Shown: positions 26,419 through 38,767, counted from the stretch's first letter. The stretch: DNA of 64,000 nt from Eledone cirrhosa (GCA_964016885.1 OZ024745.1:60760001-60824000), one strand, 5' to 3'. The notes: generated by a model from the letters alone, not told the origin. Program-made: numbers and translations.

Positions 26419-29400
26419 ATGACCCTCCCCAAATATAACAATATCTGTTTCGACACACGATTTCATATAAAAAACCTCGCAAAACTAATTCATCGCCGCT
26501 ATGGCATTAGCTTGTGCCAAGCTGAAAGGTTATTGAAAGACACTGTTTTCTGTTATATAAAAACTACAATAACAACAGAACAAATCCGCTTCTTAAAACA
26601 CTGTGTTTCCTCCAAAACATACACAACAAACATATCAAAACAAGTAAATAATTTATTATTGAACAAAACACAAGCTGAACGGCTAAAACACACAATAACA
26701 GTTAATATGAAAAGAACAACATACACAAAAGTCAACGCACTCTACAGACAAAAACGCATCAACGGTAAGGAAATCCGAAATCTCATCACAGCAAACGAGA
26801 GAGATGACTTCATGAGCGTCATCCGACGCGAAACGAAATATGCTCAAAACGAATGCTGTAGGCATTTCAAGAAGAAATTAGAATGGATGAATAAGAAAAA
26901 ACTACAAGAAAGGAAAATCGAATATTCTCAAAAATACCCAGATAACATCGACAACATCCGTATGAGTGATGTAAAACTACCGGAAGAATTTACCAATGAC
27001 CACACAGTAAATATCTATGGGAACACTTTAATCAGTGAACAAGAACAACAAATCCTAAAGTTACCACCAAAATTTGCCATCTACAAAAAGATTAATCCTA
27101 TGGAATGCAAAACGGAGCTGGAAAAGTGTTTCACAAAAATACGTTGGAATGCAAAGGTAAACAACAACAACAATAATAACGGTAGTAGTAATATAAACAA
27201 TAACTCTGGGTATAGAAATAACAGCCATAACCATAACGATGGCAGGAAAGTGAGAAATAGTGATAATGGTAATAATACTAGCGATAGACAGAACAACAAC
27301 AACCACAATAATAATAATAATAGAAACGTTAACCACAGACACAGCAACAGTGACCACAGTAGTAATAACGGTAACAATACGAACAACAACAACAACAATA
27401 ACCACAGTGGTAATAATGGAAATAGTACATGTAGCAACATCAACAAAAACAAGAAACATAATAATAGTAACAACCACAATGGTAGAAATAGCAGTAACAA
27501 CAACAATAACGGTGAAGTAAACAACAATACATCTAGCAATCATAACAATAATAATATTAATGCTAAGGATAGAAACAACAACAACCACCATGATAACAAT
27601 AATAGCAACACACACAACTATGACGATAGAAATAACGACAACCCCTTAGAGAAACTATTTTTCAACCCAGCTGACAAAACATATAAGATGGGTAATATCT
27701 ATCCTACGAGGTTACCCTTTAATAAAAGAGTTTGCATACCACAACAAATAGATGACGAGACGGAGGCACAGTTCACCATAGCTAGAAATAAGATTAGACA
27801 AGTAGTAGACAGGTACACTATGAGACAGAGCAGACCAGAGGCCCAACAACTTGGGATAAAACCTGTAGAAGGCTTGGTTAGCCTCAAGCAGCGCACAAGG
27901 GATGGTGAGGTAGTGTGTCTACCCACAGATAAGTCTGGTAGGATGTCAATAGATAGCATGCCGAACTACATCGAGGCAATGCAACCCCACATCACCAACA
28001 CGAGCGAAGTTGCACAACTAACACACGATGGGAGAGAAAAAATCCTCAACGCTCACATGATGATGTGGACTGACATCCTAAAGCCAAGCAGACGCACTGC
28101 CAACAACTTCCAGGCGTCTAACAATGGCATACCACCCTTGTATGGGCTCCGCAAAGACCACAAGACAGTCGACGACCCGACAATAGGACCACCAACAAGA
28201 CCTGTATGCGGAGCTAATATAGCTAGCAACTACAGGATCTCCTACTTCCTCTCAATGGTTATACGCCCCATAATCAAGATGTCCCCAGATGTATGTGAAA
28301 GTACAGAGGACCTCCTCAGCAGAATCAGTGAGTGCAACAAAAACAGGAGCCTATCCAACTGCATAATAGGCAGCATGGATGTGGTGTCACTGTACCCATC
28401 CATTAACATTGATTTTGCTGTGAAAAGATGTGTGGAGATGATCATTGAGAGTGAGGTGGAGTTCTGCGACGTCGACACAGACGAACTGGGCCTCCTACTT
28501 AGACTTACCTACGACACTGACTACCTAGACAGCCATGACCTTAGATGTTTCTGCCCTAGTAGACCTATAAGAGGTAGACCCCCCACCATAACCTCAATGG
28601 CTAAAAAGACTCCCATAGGAAGGTGGATTGGGTGGACCAAAGCTATACGGACCCCCCAAAACACTGATCAGGTAAGAAAAATGGTCGCACATGCAATAGG
28701 GGCTAGTATCAAAACTACCCTAAAGGGCCACATATTTAAGTTCAATGAGAAAATCTACACCCAAAATGAGGGAGCAGCCATCGGCGTCAGCATAGCTGGC
28801 GATGTTGCCAACCTTTTCATGGTATGGTGGGAAAGGAGACTTAAAGATCTCCTTAATGAAAGCTCCATAGACCTCATCATGTACTCTCGTTATGTAGACG
28901 ATATCAATATAGTTATAAGAACACCCCCACTAGAGAGCACTAACAAGTTTGATTTAGAACGTAGCACGATGGAAAGCATCCAGCAGATAGCTAATTCCAT
29001 ACACCAGAGTATAACTGTAACTATAGACTTCCCTTCCAAACACCCTAACAATAGACTACCTGTATTAGACACAGAACTCTGGATTAACACTATAGACGAG
29101 AGAGCCCAAATTCTCCACTCACACTATGCTAAACCCATGGCCTCCAAATACCTGATACTCAAAAACTCAGCAATGTCCAGTAGTGCTAAGTTTAATATTC
29201 TGATCGCAGATTTGGTACGAGTGATGAAGAATGTGTCCAGCATGTGCGACCCAACAGAAATGGAAGGACACATCCAACACTTCATCAACCGCATGCAGTT
29301 CTCTGGCTACAACCAAAGAGACAGAGTCAGAGTATACGAAGGAGCCATGGAAAAGTATAAGACCCTCATAGAACTGGACATGAAAGGAATTTGCCCACTA

Positions 29401-30048
29401 TACAGGAGCAAATCATGGAATAGCTTAGATAGGGCTAGACATAAGATAGGGAAGGCCACATCATGGTACGACAACCAGAGATATCAGAGTGTCATGTTTG
29501 TGGACGCCACCCCTGGAGGGAAATTAGCTAACCAGTGTAGAAAGGCCCTGAGAAAGACCCACTTAAAAATAAAGGTGGTAGAAAAGCCAGGAACCACCAT
29601 AAAATCCCTGATCAGCAAAACCTACCCTTTTAAGAAAACCCACTGTACCAATAGGAAATGTATCATATGTAAGGTGAACCCCCGGATAAACTGTAAAACT
29701 AGAAACGTAGTCTATAGCATAAGATGTACAGAGGGTACTTGCAGAAACACGACAACAACATACATAGGTGAGACAGCTCGTAGCATAGGTGAAAGGATAG
29801 ACCAACACTGGGGGGAACTAAAAGGACGAAAAAACGGGTCAGTACTATACGAACATGCTAGACAACATCATGACGGTAACATAGACAACATAGAAATTAG
29901 AATAATATCTAAACATAGGAATGACCCAGCAGATAGGCAAATCAGAGAGGCCAGTGAAATAGAAATTAGAAGACCAAAGCTAAACAGAAAGAATGAGTGG
30001 AACAACAACAACACCCAAACAAACAACACTGACCTAAGAGAAGTATAA
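26419..30048 (+). CDS. Intact PLE polyprotein: basic N-term, Asn-rich insert, reverse transcriptase, Cys linker, GIY-YIG endonuclease
   Basis: PTDKSG, LYGLRKDHK, TRPVCG, SMDVVSLYP, QNEGAAIG, YSRYVDD, LPVLD; CTNRKCIIC; VVYSIRC....C..YIGET.R...R...H. Confidence 0.96.
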   Translation: MTLPKYNNICFDTRFHIKNLAKLIHRRYGISLCQAERLLKDTVFCYIKTTITTEQIRFLKHCVSSKTYTTNISKQVNNLLLNKTQAERLKHTITVNMKRTTYTKVNALYRQKRINGKEIRNLITANERDDFMSVIRRETKYAQNECCRHFKKKLEWMNKKKLQERKIEYSQKYPDNIDNIRMSDVKLPEEFTNDHTVNIYGNTLISEQEQQILKLPPKFAIYKKINPMECKTELEKCFTKIRWNAKVNNNNNNNGSSNINNNSGYRNNSHNHNDGRKVRNSDNGNNTSDRQNNNNHNNNNNRNVNHRHSNSDHSSNNGNNTNNNNNNNHSGNNGNSTCSNINKNKKHNNSNNHNGRNSSNNNNNGEVNNNTSSNHNNNNINAKDRNNNNHHDNNNSNTHNYDDRNNDNPLEKLFFNPADKTYKMGNIYPTRLPFNKRVCIPQQIDDETEAQFTIARNKIRQVVDRYTMRQSRPEAQQLGIKPVEGLVSLKQRTRDGEVVCLPTDKSGRMSIDSMPNYIEAMQPHITNTSEVAQLTHDGREKILNAHMMMWTDILKPSRRTANNFQASNNGIPPLYGLRKDHKTVDDPTIGPPTRPVCGANIASNYRISYFLSMVIRPIIKMSPDVCESTEDLLSRISECNKNRSLSNCIIGSMDVVSLYPSINIDFAVKRCVEMIIESEVEFCDVDTDELGLLLRLTYDTDYLDSHDLRCFCPSRPIRGRPPTITSMAKKTPIGRWIGWTKAIRTPQNTDQVRKMVAHAIGASIKTTLKGHIFKFNEKIYTQNEGAAIGVSIAGDVANLFMVWWERRLKDLLNESSIDLIMYSRYVDDINIVIRTPPLESTNKFDLERSTMESIQQIANSIHQSITVTIDFPSKHPNNRLPVLDTELWINTIDERAQILHSHYAKPMASKYLILKNSAMSSSAKFNILIADLVRVMKNVSSMCDPTEMEGHIQHFINRMQFSGYNQRDRVRVYEGAMEKYKTLIELDMKGICPLYRSKSWNSLDRARHKIGKATSWYDNQRYQSVMFVDATPGGKLANQCRKALRKTHLKIKVVEKPGTTIKSLISKTYPFKKTHCTNRKCIICKVNPRINCKTRNVVYSIRCTEGTCRNTTTTYIGETARSIGERIDQHWGELKGRKNGSVLYEHARQHHDGNIDNIEIRIISKHRNDPADRQIREASEIEIRRPKLNRKNEWNNNNTQTNNTDLREV

Positions 30049-30567
30049 ATAAATAAGTAAATTAAATTAAATAAAATAAGATAAATAAATACATACACAA
30101 GCACATAAACACACACTAGTCACCCAGCAGACAACACTATACACACTAGTCACACATCACACATAACACTATACACACACGCAAACGCATGCGCAAAGAA
30201 GACAAAATAAAATAAGATAAACAAACAAGCAAATAAATAAATAAATATATAGACAGACTGAACAAAAAAAATGGCGTAGACATACAACACAACAGGAGGA
30301 ACAATGAATATAACACCACTGACGATGTTGCAGATGTGCAACGAAAGATTTATGTAAACTATATATATATGTGTTTGTCTATATTGTATCTGTATTATTT
30401 TTGACCGCCGGTCAGTCAATGGCAACATTGAGGACCGAGTAAGTTAGATCGCAGATATATATATATAAAAGACAGCGAGAAGCGAAAACCAACCAAACAG
30501 TGAGTGTGTTCTGTTATTAATTCTGGCAATATTACGCAAATATGACCCTCCCCAAATATAACAATAT

Positions 30568-31104
<537 letters not shown>

Positions 31105-31734
31105 ATACTCTTTTACTCTTTTACCTGTTTCAGCCATCCGGCTGAGGCCATGCTGGGGCACCGCCCTTGTTGCTACACATTTTATCCCCAGCCTGTATAG
31201 GTTGGCCACTGGTGTAGGAGGGAGTTTGTTGCTGCTGCCCTTAGGTTTCCCTCGTGTCTTGCTGTGGGCTCATCCGGGATCCTGGATAAGAAGGTGTCGA
31301 GATGTTTCTGAAAGACATCCACCTCCACGTCATGCAAGTCTCTCAGATGCCTCGGCAGCCTGTTGAAGAGTTGAGGGCCCTTGAATCCCAGGCTATTGCA
31401 ATACATGCTCCTTATTCTAGATGTGGAAGACGGGACCTTTGGCACCACACAGTGACGTCCTGTTCGACGGTTGGTCCAGCTCCCAATGCCAAAGTTTGGT
31501 GCTAGTCCCTCCAGGATTTTCCACATGTAGATCACTGCGTATCTCTCCCGTCTTCGCTCCAAGGAGTAGAGGTTCAGTTCCTTTAGCCTCTCCCAGTAGC
31601 TTGTCTCCCTCATCTTGGCAATCCTCTTGGTGTAGCTTCGCTGGATTGCCTCAAGCTCCGTGGTTAGTCTGACACTATGGGGTGACCACAAATGGGAGCA
31701 GTAGTCCAGGCGGCTTAGGACAAAAGTCCTCCAC

Positions 31735-31736
<2 letters not shown>
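31105..31736 (-). mobile_element. CR1-group LINE 3' fragment with (TAAAAGAG)n tail
   Basis: [45 protein letters not shown]; open to stop; in TA tract. Confidence 0.85.
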
Positions 31737-31765
<29 letters not shown>

Positions 31766-31809
31766 TATATATATATATATTTATATATTTATATATATAT
31801 ATTTATATT

Positions 31810-31840
<31 letters not shown>

Positions 31841-31843
31841 ATT

Positions 31844-31971
<128 letters not shown>

Positions 31972-32130
31972 GTATTAAGGATACTATTTATGGTTATGTA
32001 TATACTAAAACTTTTTATAGTTATATATATTTTAAACCCTAAACAGTGACAGGCAGTAATTTATTACTACCTTATTACCAGTAAGATAAATAGCTCAATG
32101 TAATAACATCAGTTTTCTACAGAGCAGTTA

Positions 32131-32444
32131 TATAGAATTCACAGGAATCAAAGCTATGTTCAAAGCATTTATTAGCTTGCAATTGTTTCATCCAAACCAA
32201 GGCTTGGGATCTTCGGAGCATTTTTCAATGTTTGTATACATACATGACCTCCTTTCTAACGCAAGAGACATACAGATACATATGTATATATTGATGTATC
32301 TGGATGTCTCTTGCGTTAGAAAGGAGGTCATGTATGTATACAAACATAGAAAAATGCTCTGAAGATGTCAATCCTCGGTTTGGATGAAACAATTGTAAGC
32401 TAATAAATGCTTTGAACATAGCTTTGATTCCTGTGAATTCTATA
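32131..32444. mobile_element. Diverged fold-back of two family B pLTRs, each with a hammerhead
   Basis: ~150-bp arms with mismatches; GCT-CTGAAGA..GAAA-CAATTG-TA-AGC at 32356-32400 and mirror 32175-32219. Confidence 0.75.
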
Positions 32445-32462
32445 TATATATATTTATATATA

Positions 32463-32530
<68 letters not shown>

Positions 32531-32602
32531 GGAGCTTCCAACAGAAATGGTCGTATTCTTTAAGTATATGTTAAGATTTATTTATAAAACTGATCTATAA
32601 TA

Positions 32603-32667
32603 TATTTTATCTGATGAAAGCACACCATAATTTAACTTGGTGCCCTTGAAATATGTATAATGAAATA
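32603..32667 (+). ncRNA. Hammerhead motif family A
   Basis: TATTTTAT-CTGATGA..CACCA/TGGTG..GAAA-TATGTA-TA-ATGAAATA. Confidence 0.65.
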
Positions 32668-32717
32668 AATATGGTTTTATAAATATAGTTTCCATTTGTT
32701 AATATATCGTATATATA

Positions 32718-34259
32718 TCATAATCTATAAAGCTCAGTGTGTGGTCATGCTCCTTCGTTATAGAAATCTACGATATAGAATTTCTTCAATTGAAATTTAC
32801 AAACAAGTATTCGAAATAGTTTCGATTGCGTCTTGACGCAGATAATTTTTTCAATTTCACTCACAATTAAGCAAAAAATAGATAAAACTCAATATTTTAC
32901 GATTTTTCTCTCTCATTTAAACTGCTGAACTCTTTCTACTATCATTCAAAATCTATACAACTTCATACTTTCTGCTACTTTCTCTTTCCAAGCTTGATGG
33001 TGATACTGTCCGTTCACACCACTTCCCTACTGTCTTAAATTTAGAAAACACATATCCTCTATGAGGTTACTAAACCTGCTAGAAACAGCGGCTAACTCTC
33101 CCCCATATCACACCTCTCCCCACACCACTCCATACTGTCTTAAATTTAGAAAACACATATCCTCTATGAGGTTACTAAACCTGCTAGAAACAGCAGCTAA
33201 CTCTCCCCCATATCACACCCCTCCCTACTGTCTTAAATTTAGAAAACATATCTTCTATGAGGTCACTAAACCTGCTAGAAAAAGCAGCTAACTCTCCCCC
33301 ATATCACACCCCTCCCCACACCACTCCTTACTGTCTTAAATTTAGAAAACACATATCCTCTATGAGGTTACTAAACCTGCTAGAAACAGCGGCTAACTCT
33401 CCCCCATATCACACCCCTCCCCACACCACTCCATACTGTCTTAAATTTAGAAAACACATATCCTCTATGAGGTTACTAAACCTGCTAGAAACAGCGGCTA
33501 ACTCTCCCTCATATCACACCCCTCCCCACACCACTCCATACTGTCTTAAATTTAGAAAACACATATCCTCTATGAGGTTACTAAACCTGCTAGAAACAGC
33601 AGCTAACTCTCCCCCATATCACACCCCTCCCTACTGTCTTAAATTTAGAAAACATATCTTCTATGAGGTCACTAAACCTGCTAGAAACAGCAGCTAACTC
33701 TCCCCTATATCACACCACTCCCCACACCACTCCCTACTGTCTTAAATTTAGAAAACACATATCCTCTATGAGGTTACTAAACCTGCTAGAACCAGCAGCT
33801 AACTCTCCCACATATCACACCCCTCCCTACTGTCTTAAATTTAGAAAACATATCTTCTATGAGGTTACTAAACCTGCTAGAAACAGCAGCTAACTCTCCC
33901 CCATATCACACCACTCCCTACTGTCTTAAATTTAGAAAACACATATCCTCTATGAGGTCACTAAACCTGCTAGAAACAACAGCTAACTCTCCCTCATATC
34001 ACAACCCTCCCTACTGTCTTAAATTTAGAAAACACACAGACAACCATGCAGAACAACTCCATCGCAGCTCTGTTGTTCGGCTGGCATCGTCTACGTGCGT
34101 GTTGCGCAAGTACTGTGAAACAATAAATTTCAACACTTTTTTGCACAGAGATAATATCCATAGGCGAAACTACAATTGTCACTGCTGGCGCAGCTCATGC
34201 TTCCAGGTCTGCAATTCATTCACCCAGTGCCTGGCAGACAAAAAAGTGCTGCCATAAAA
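32718..34259 (+). mobile_element. Non-autonomous Helitron, 3'-truncated, with internal minisatellite
   Basis: A|TC start, near-identical to 39605-41582 apart from CR1 insert and repeat number. Confidence 0.75.
33027..34035 (+). repeat. Minisatellite, 10 units of 91-105 bp
   Basis: Unit spacing 105,93,103,105,105,93,103,93,91,93. Confidence 0.95.
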
Positions 34260-34297
34260 GCCAACAATGTTTCGTCCTATTAAGGACTCATCAGGGC
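34260..34297 (-). ncRNA. Compact canonical hammerhead motif (family F)
   Basis: GCC-CTGATGA-GTCC-TTAATA-GGAC-GAAA-C-ATT-G-TT-GGC. Confidence 0.75.
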
Positions 34298-34447
34298 AAG
34301 TAAAGCTATAAGAAGCACTATCGGCCAATACAAGCCAAAAACTCAGAAGAATATGGAGTATACATACATTAAAGCATAGGAAAATTATCAAGTAAAAATT
34401 GCTAAGGAAGTGAATAACATTTTGAATCCATATTACAAATATAGTAC

Positions 34448-34553
<106 letters not shown>

Positions 34554-34558
34554 ATATT

Positions 34559-34595
<37 letters not shown>

Positions 34596-34646
34596 ATATA
34601 TATTTATATATATATATATATTTATATATATATTTATATATATATT

Positions 34647-34677
<31 letters not shown>

Positions 34678-34726
34678 ATTTATATATATATATATTTATA
34701 TATATATATTTATATATATATATATT

Positions 34727-34758
<32 letters not shown>

Positions 34759-34828
34759 TATATATATATATATTTATATATATATATATATTTATATATA
34801 TATTTATATATATATTTATATATATATT

Positions 34829-34974
<146 letters not shown>

Positions 34975-35068
34975 CATATATATTTATATATATATTTATA
35001 TATATATATACATATATATATTTATATATATATTTATATATATATATACATATATATATATATACATA

Positions 35069-35116
<48 letters not shown>

Positions 35117-35189
35117 CATATATATATATATTTATACATATATATATATATTTATATATATATATTTATATATATATATATTTATATAC

Positions 35190-35226
<37 letters not shown>

Positions 35227-35244
35227 TATATATATATATATATT

Positions 35245-35293
<49 letters not shown>

Positions 35294-35296
<3 letters not shown>

Positions 35297-35348
35297 CTAA
35301 GTATGTAATATACGTACATACATATATGTATACAGACGTACAGTAGCA

Positions 35349-35423
<75 letters not shown>

Positions 35424-35481
35424 ATAAATCTAAGTATGTAATATACGTACATACATATATGTATACAGACGTACAGTAGCA

Positions 35482-35552
<71 letters not shown>

Positions 35553-35610
35553 ATAAATCTAAGTATGTAATATACGTACATACATATATGTATACAGACG
35601 TACAGTAGCA

Positions 35611-35698
<88 letters not shown>

Positions 35699-36108
35699 CA
35701 TACAGGTACACATACATATATGCACGCATCAGTTTAGCGGACGTTCGTTTATTATAACGCCGCTTTGTTCGTTTGTTTGTCAACAAACCGAACAGCCTGA
35801 ATTTATGCCATACGGTGTTAAGGCAACCACGTCACCTTTTTGTTCAACACTGACACAGGAACGATGTACTAGTTTCAAGCTTGTTAGCTATCATCAGCAC
35901 CGTTTACCCATCTGCCAGATAGTTGAACGTTCGAAAGTATATACTTTCCTTATGAAAATTAACGGCTGAGCAGCCTAATTTGCATATTGAGTGAGTTAAA
36001 TCGGTCAGGCATACCGAAAACGATAAGTTGAAAAACAAACGAACAAAGTGGCGTTATAATAAACGTCCGCTAAACTGATGCGTGCATATATGTATGTGTA
36101 CCTGTATG

Positions 36109-36186
<78 letters not shown>

Positions 36187-36785
36187 TGCTACTGTACGTC
36201 TGTATACATATATGTATGTACGTATATTACATACTTACATTTAAGTAAGTGCCATACTAAGAGTGAGAAATGAAATTTCGTTTTCATTTCTTTTCAACTT
36301 ATCGTTTTCGGTATGCCTGACCGATTTAACTCACTCAATATGCAAATTAGGCTGCTCAGCCGTTAATTTTCATAAGGAAAGTATATACTTTCGAACGTTC
36401 AACTATCTGGCAGATGGGTAAACGGTGCTGATGATAGCTAACAAGCTTGAAACTAGTACATCGTTCCTGTGTCAGTGTTGAACAAAAAGGTGACGTGGTT
36501 GCCTTAACACCGTATGGCATAAATTCAGGCTGTTCGGTTTGTTGACAAACAAACGAACAAAGCGGCGTTATAATAAACGTCCGCTAAACTGATGCGTGCA
36601 TATATGTATGTGTACCTGTATGTATATATGTATGTATGTATATATGTATATATATATATATACATATATACATGCTACTGTACGTCTGTATACATATATG
36701 TATGTACGTATATTACATACTTACATTTAAGTAAGTGCCATACTAAGAGTGAGAAATGAAATTTCGTTTTCATTTTTTTTCAACT

Positions 36786-36788
<3 letters not shown>
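35294..36788. mobile_element. ORF-less hammerhead-containing unit (~0.5 kb): inverted copy + 1.5 direct copies (retrozyme-like)
   Basis: Direct repeat period ~514 bp (36041 vs 36555); inverted arm 35294-36032; TA flanks. Confidence 0.75.
36422..36464 (+). ncRNA. Hammerhead motif (family E); mirror at 35861-35903 minus
   Basis: ACGGTG-CTGATGA-TAGC-TAACAA-GCTT-GAAA-CTAG-TA-CATCGT. Confidence 0.8.
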
Positions 36789-36875
<87 letters not shown>

Positions 36876-36905
36876 TATATATATATATATTTATATATAT
36901 ATATT

Positions 36906-37090
<185 letters not shown>

Positions 37091-37113
37091 ATTTATATTT
37101 ATATATATATTTA

Positions 37114-37182
<69 letters not shown>

Positions 37183-37190
<8 letters not shown>

Positions 37191-37644
37191 ATACTTTGGG
37201 AGGGTCATGTTGCCAATAAGAAACACACGCACCAGTTGCTTTCACTTCAATTTAATTTATTATATATTTATAAATTTACAAATTTATAAATTTCTGGTTG
37301 GTTGGTTGGTTCCACAACCAGATAGTTGTTTATATATACATAGTCATAGTTCTTTCGTCACACACTCTGTGACCTCTTCAGAGTCACTGAAGAGGTCACA
37401 GAGTGTGTGACGAAAGAACTATGACTATATATATATAAACAACTATCTGGTTGTGGAACCAACCAACCAACCAGAAATTTATAAATTTGTAAATTTATAA
37501 ATATATAATAAATTAAATTGAAGTGAAAGCAACTGGTGCGTGTGTTTCTTATTGGCAACATGACCCTCCCAAAGTATAACAATATCGGTTTCAACACACG
37601 GTTTCAGATAAAGAATCTTGCTAAACAAATTCAGAAACGAAATA

Positions 37645-37645
<1 letters not shown>
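37183..37645. mobile_element. Fold-back of a third PLE pLTR relative (family D)
   Basis: ~200-bp arms with 5-nt spacer; both ends encode MTLPKYNNI; AGTCA-CTGAAGA-G-GTCACA/TGTGAC-GAAA-GAAC-TA-TGACT at 37382-37426. Confidence 0.88.
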
Positions 37646-37699
<54 letters not shown>

Positions 37700-37940
37700 A
37701 TATATACATATATATATTGATACATATATATATTTATATACATATATATATTTATATATATATTTATACATATATATATACATATATATATTTATACATA
37801 TATATATACATATATATATATATTGTTTTTCCATTGTGATATGGATGATGGACAATTGAAAGAGCTCAACTAAATGTATATGGGTTTACAAAATCATACA
37901 TATATATATGTTTATACATAAATATAAAATTAATACACAC

Positions 37941-38668
37941 ATACAGTACAAAAATACGAATATTTCCGTGAAAATAGGAGCAAAATTATGTAGATAAATC
38001 TACCAAGAGTTTACGGTAGTGTCCAATCCGTATGAAGAACTCAATGTATTCCGGATATCATGGAAAGAAGAGATGTAATGAAAATCCACTTTCGGTGAAA
38101 GATAAACGGTATACAGAGTCAAGATAAAATATTAAACAAATAATGAACAAACAATTCCTTATATTAAACAAAAAAAGTTCACTATTTAACGATCGTTTCT
38201 AGGGTATATATGTGTTATAATTGGTATGCATATTCAACAGATCTATGTACATAATTATACAAAATTATACAAATTATCAAGATTAAATATACATACCTAA
38301 CACATATATACGCCGTCTTCAGAAATAATCGATTATTTCTGAAGACGGCGTATATATGTGTTAGGTATGTATATTTAATCTTGATAATTTGTATAATTTT
38401 GTATAATTTTGTACATAGATCTGTTGAATATGCATACCAATTATAACACATATATACCCTAGAAACGATCGTTAAATAGTGAACTTTTTTTGTTTAATAT
38501 AAGGAATTGTTTGTTCATTATTTGTTTAATATTTTATCTTGACTCTGTATACCGTTTATCTTTCACCGAAAGTGGATTTTCATTACATCTCTTCTTTCCA
38601 TGATATCCGGAATACATTGAGTTCTTCATACGGATTGGACACTACCGTAAACTCTTGGTAGATTTATC

Positions 38669-38673
<5 letters not shown>
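37941..38673. mobile_element. Zero-spacer 686-bp palindrome (37988-38673) plus ~48-nt one-sided tail; PLE-like pLTR fold-back
   Basis: Centre ATCGAT at 38328-38333; one visible mismatch; hammerhead in each arm. Confidence 0.75.
38332..38480 (+). ncRNA. Hammerhead motif with very long stem II (family G); mirror 38181-38329
   Basis: ATTATTT-CTGAAGA..GTATATATGTGTTA/TAACACATATATAC..GAAA-CGATCG-TT-AAATAGT. Confidence 0.7.

Positions 38674-38767
<94 letters not shown>

Larger units (their letters stand above)
21921..30567 (+). mobile_element. Penelope-like retroelement: inverted 3' segment + partial tandem of 4123-bp units, inserted in (TA)n
   Basis: 21921-22902 inverted; 22900-26418 truncated unit; 26419-30541 full unit; 26 nt of next ORF start; copies almost identical. 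Confidence 0.97.

Noticed and set aside
27061-27615. Hydrophobic antisense ORFs (184 and 152 aa; also 22938-23492) resembling membrane proteins
   Set aside because: Reverse-strand shadow of the AAC/AAT Asn tract
32131-32444. Palindromes as general assembly artefacts or miRNA hairpins
   Set aside because: Arms here and at 42535 and 61217 have diverged and match dispersed families; only the near-perfect ones at 37183 and 37988 still need read confirmation
33061-34257. Repetitive MRLLNLLETAANSPPYH ORFs
   Set aside because: Translation of the Helitron minisatellite; frame shifts with unit length
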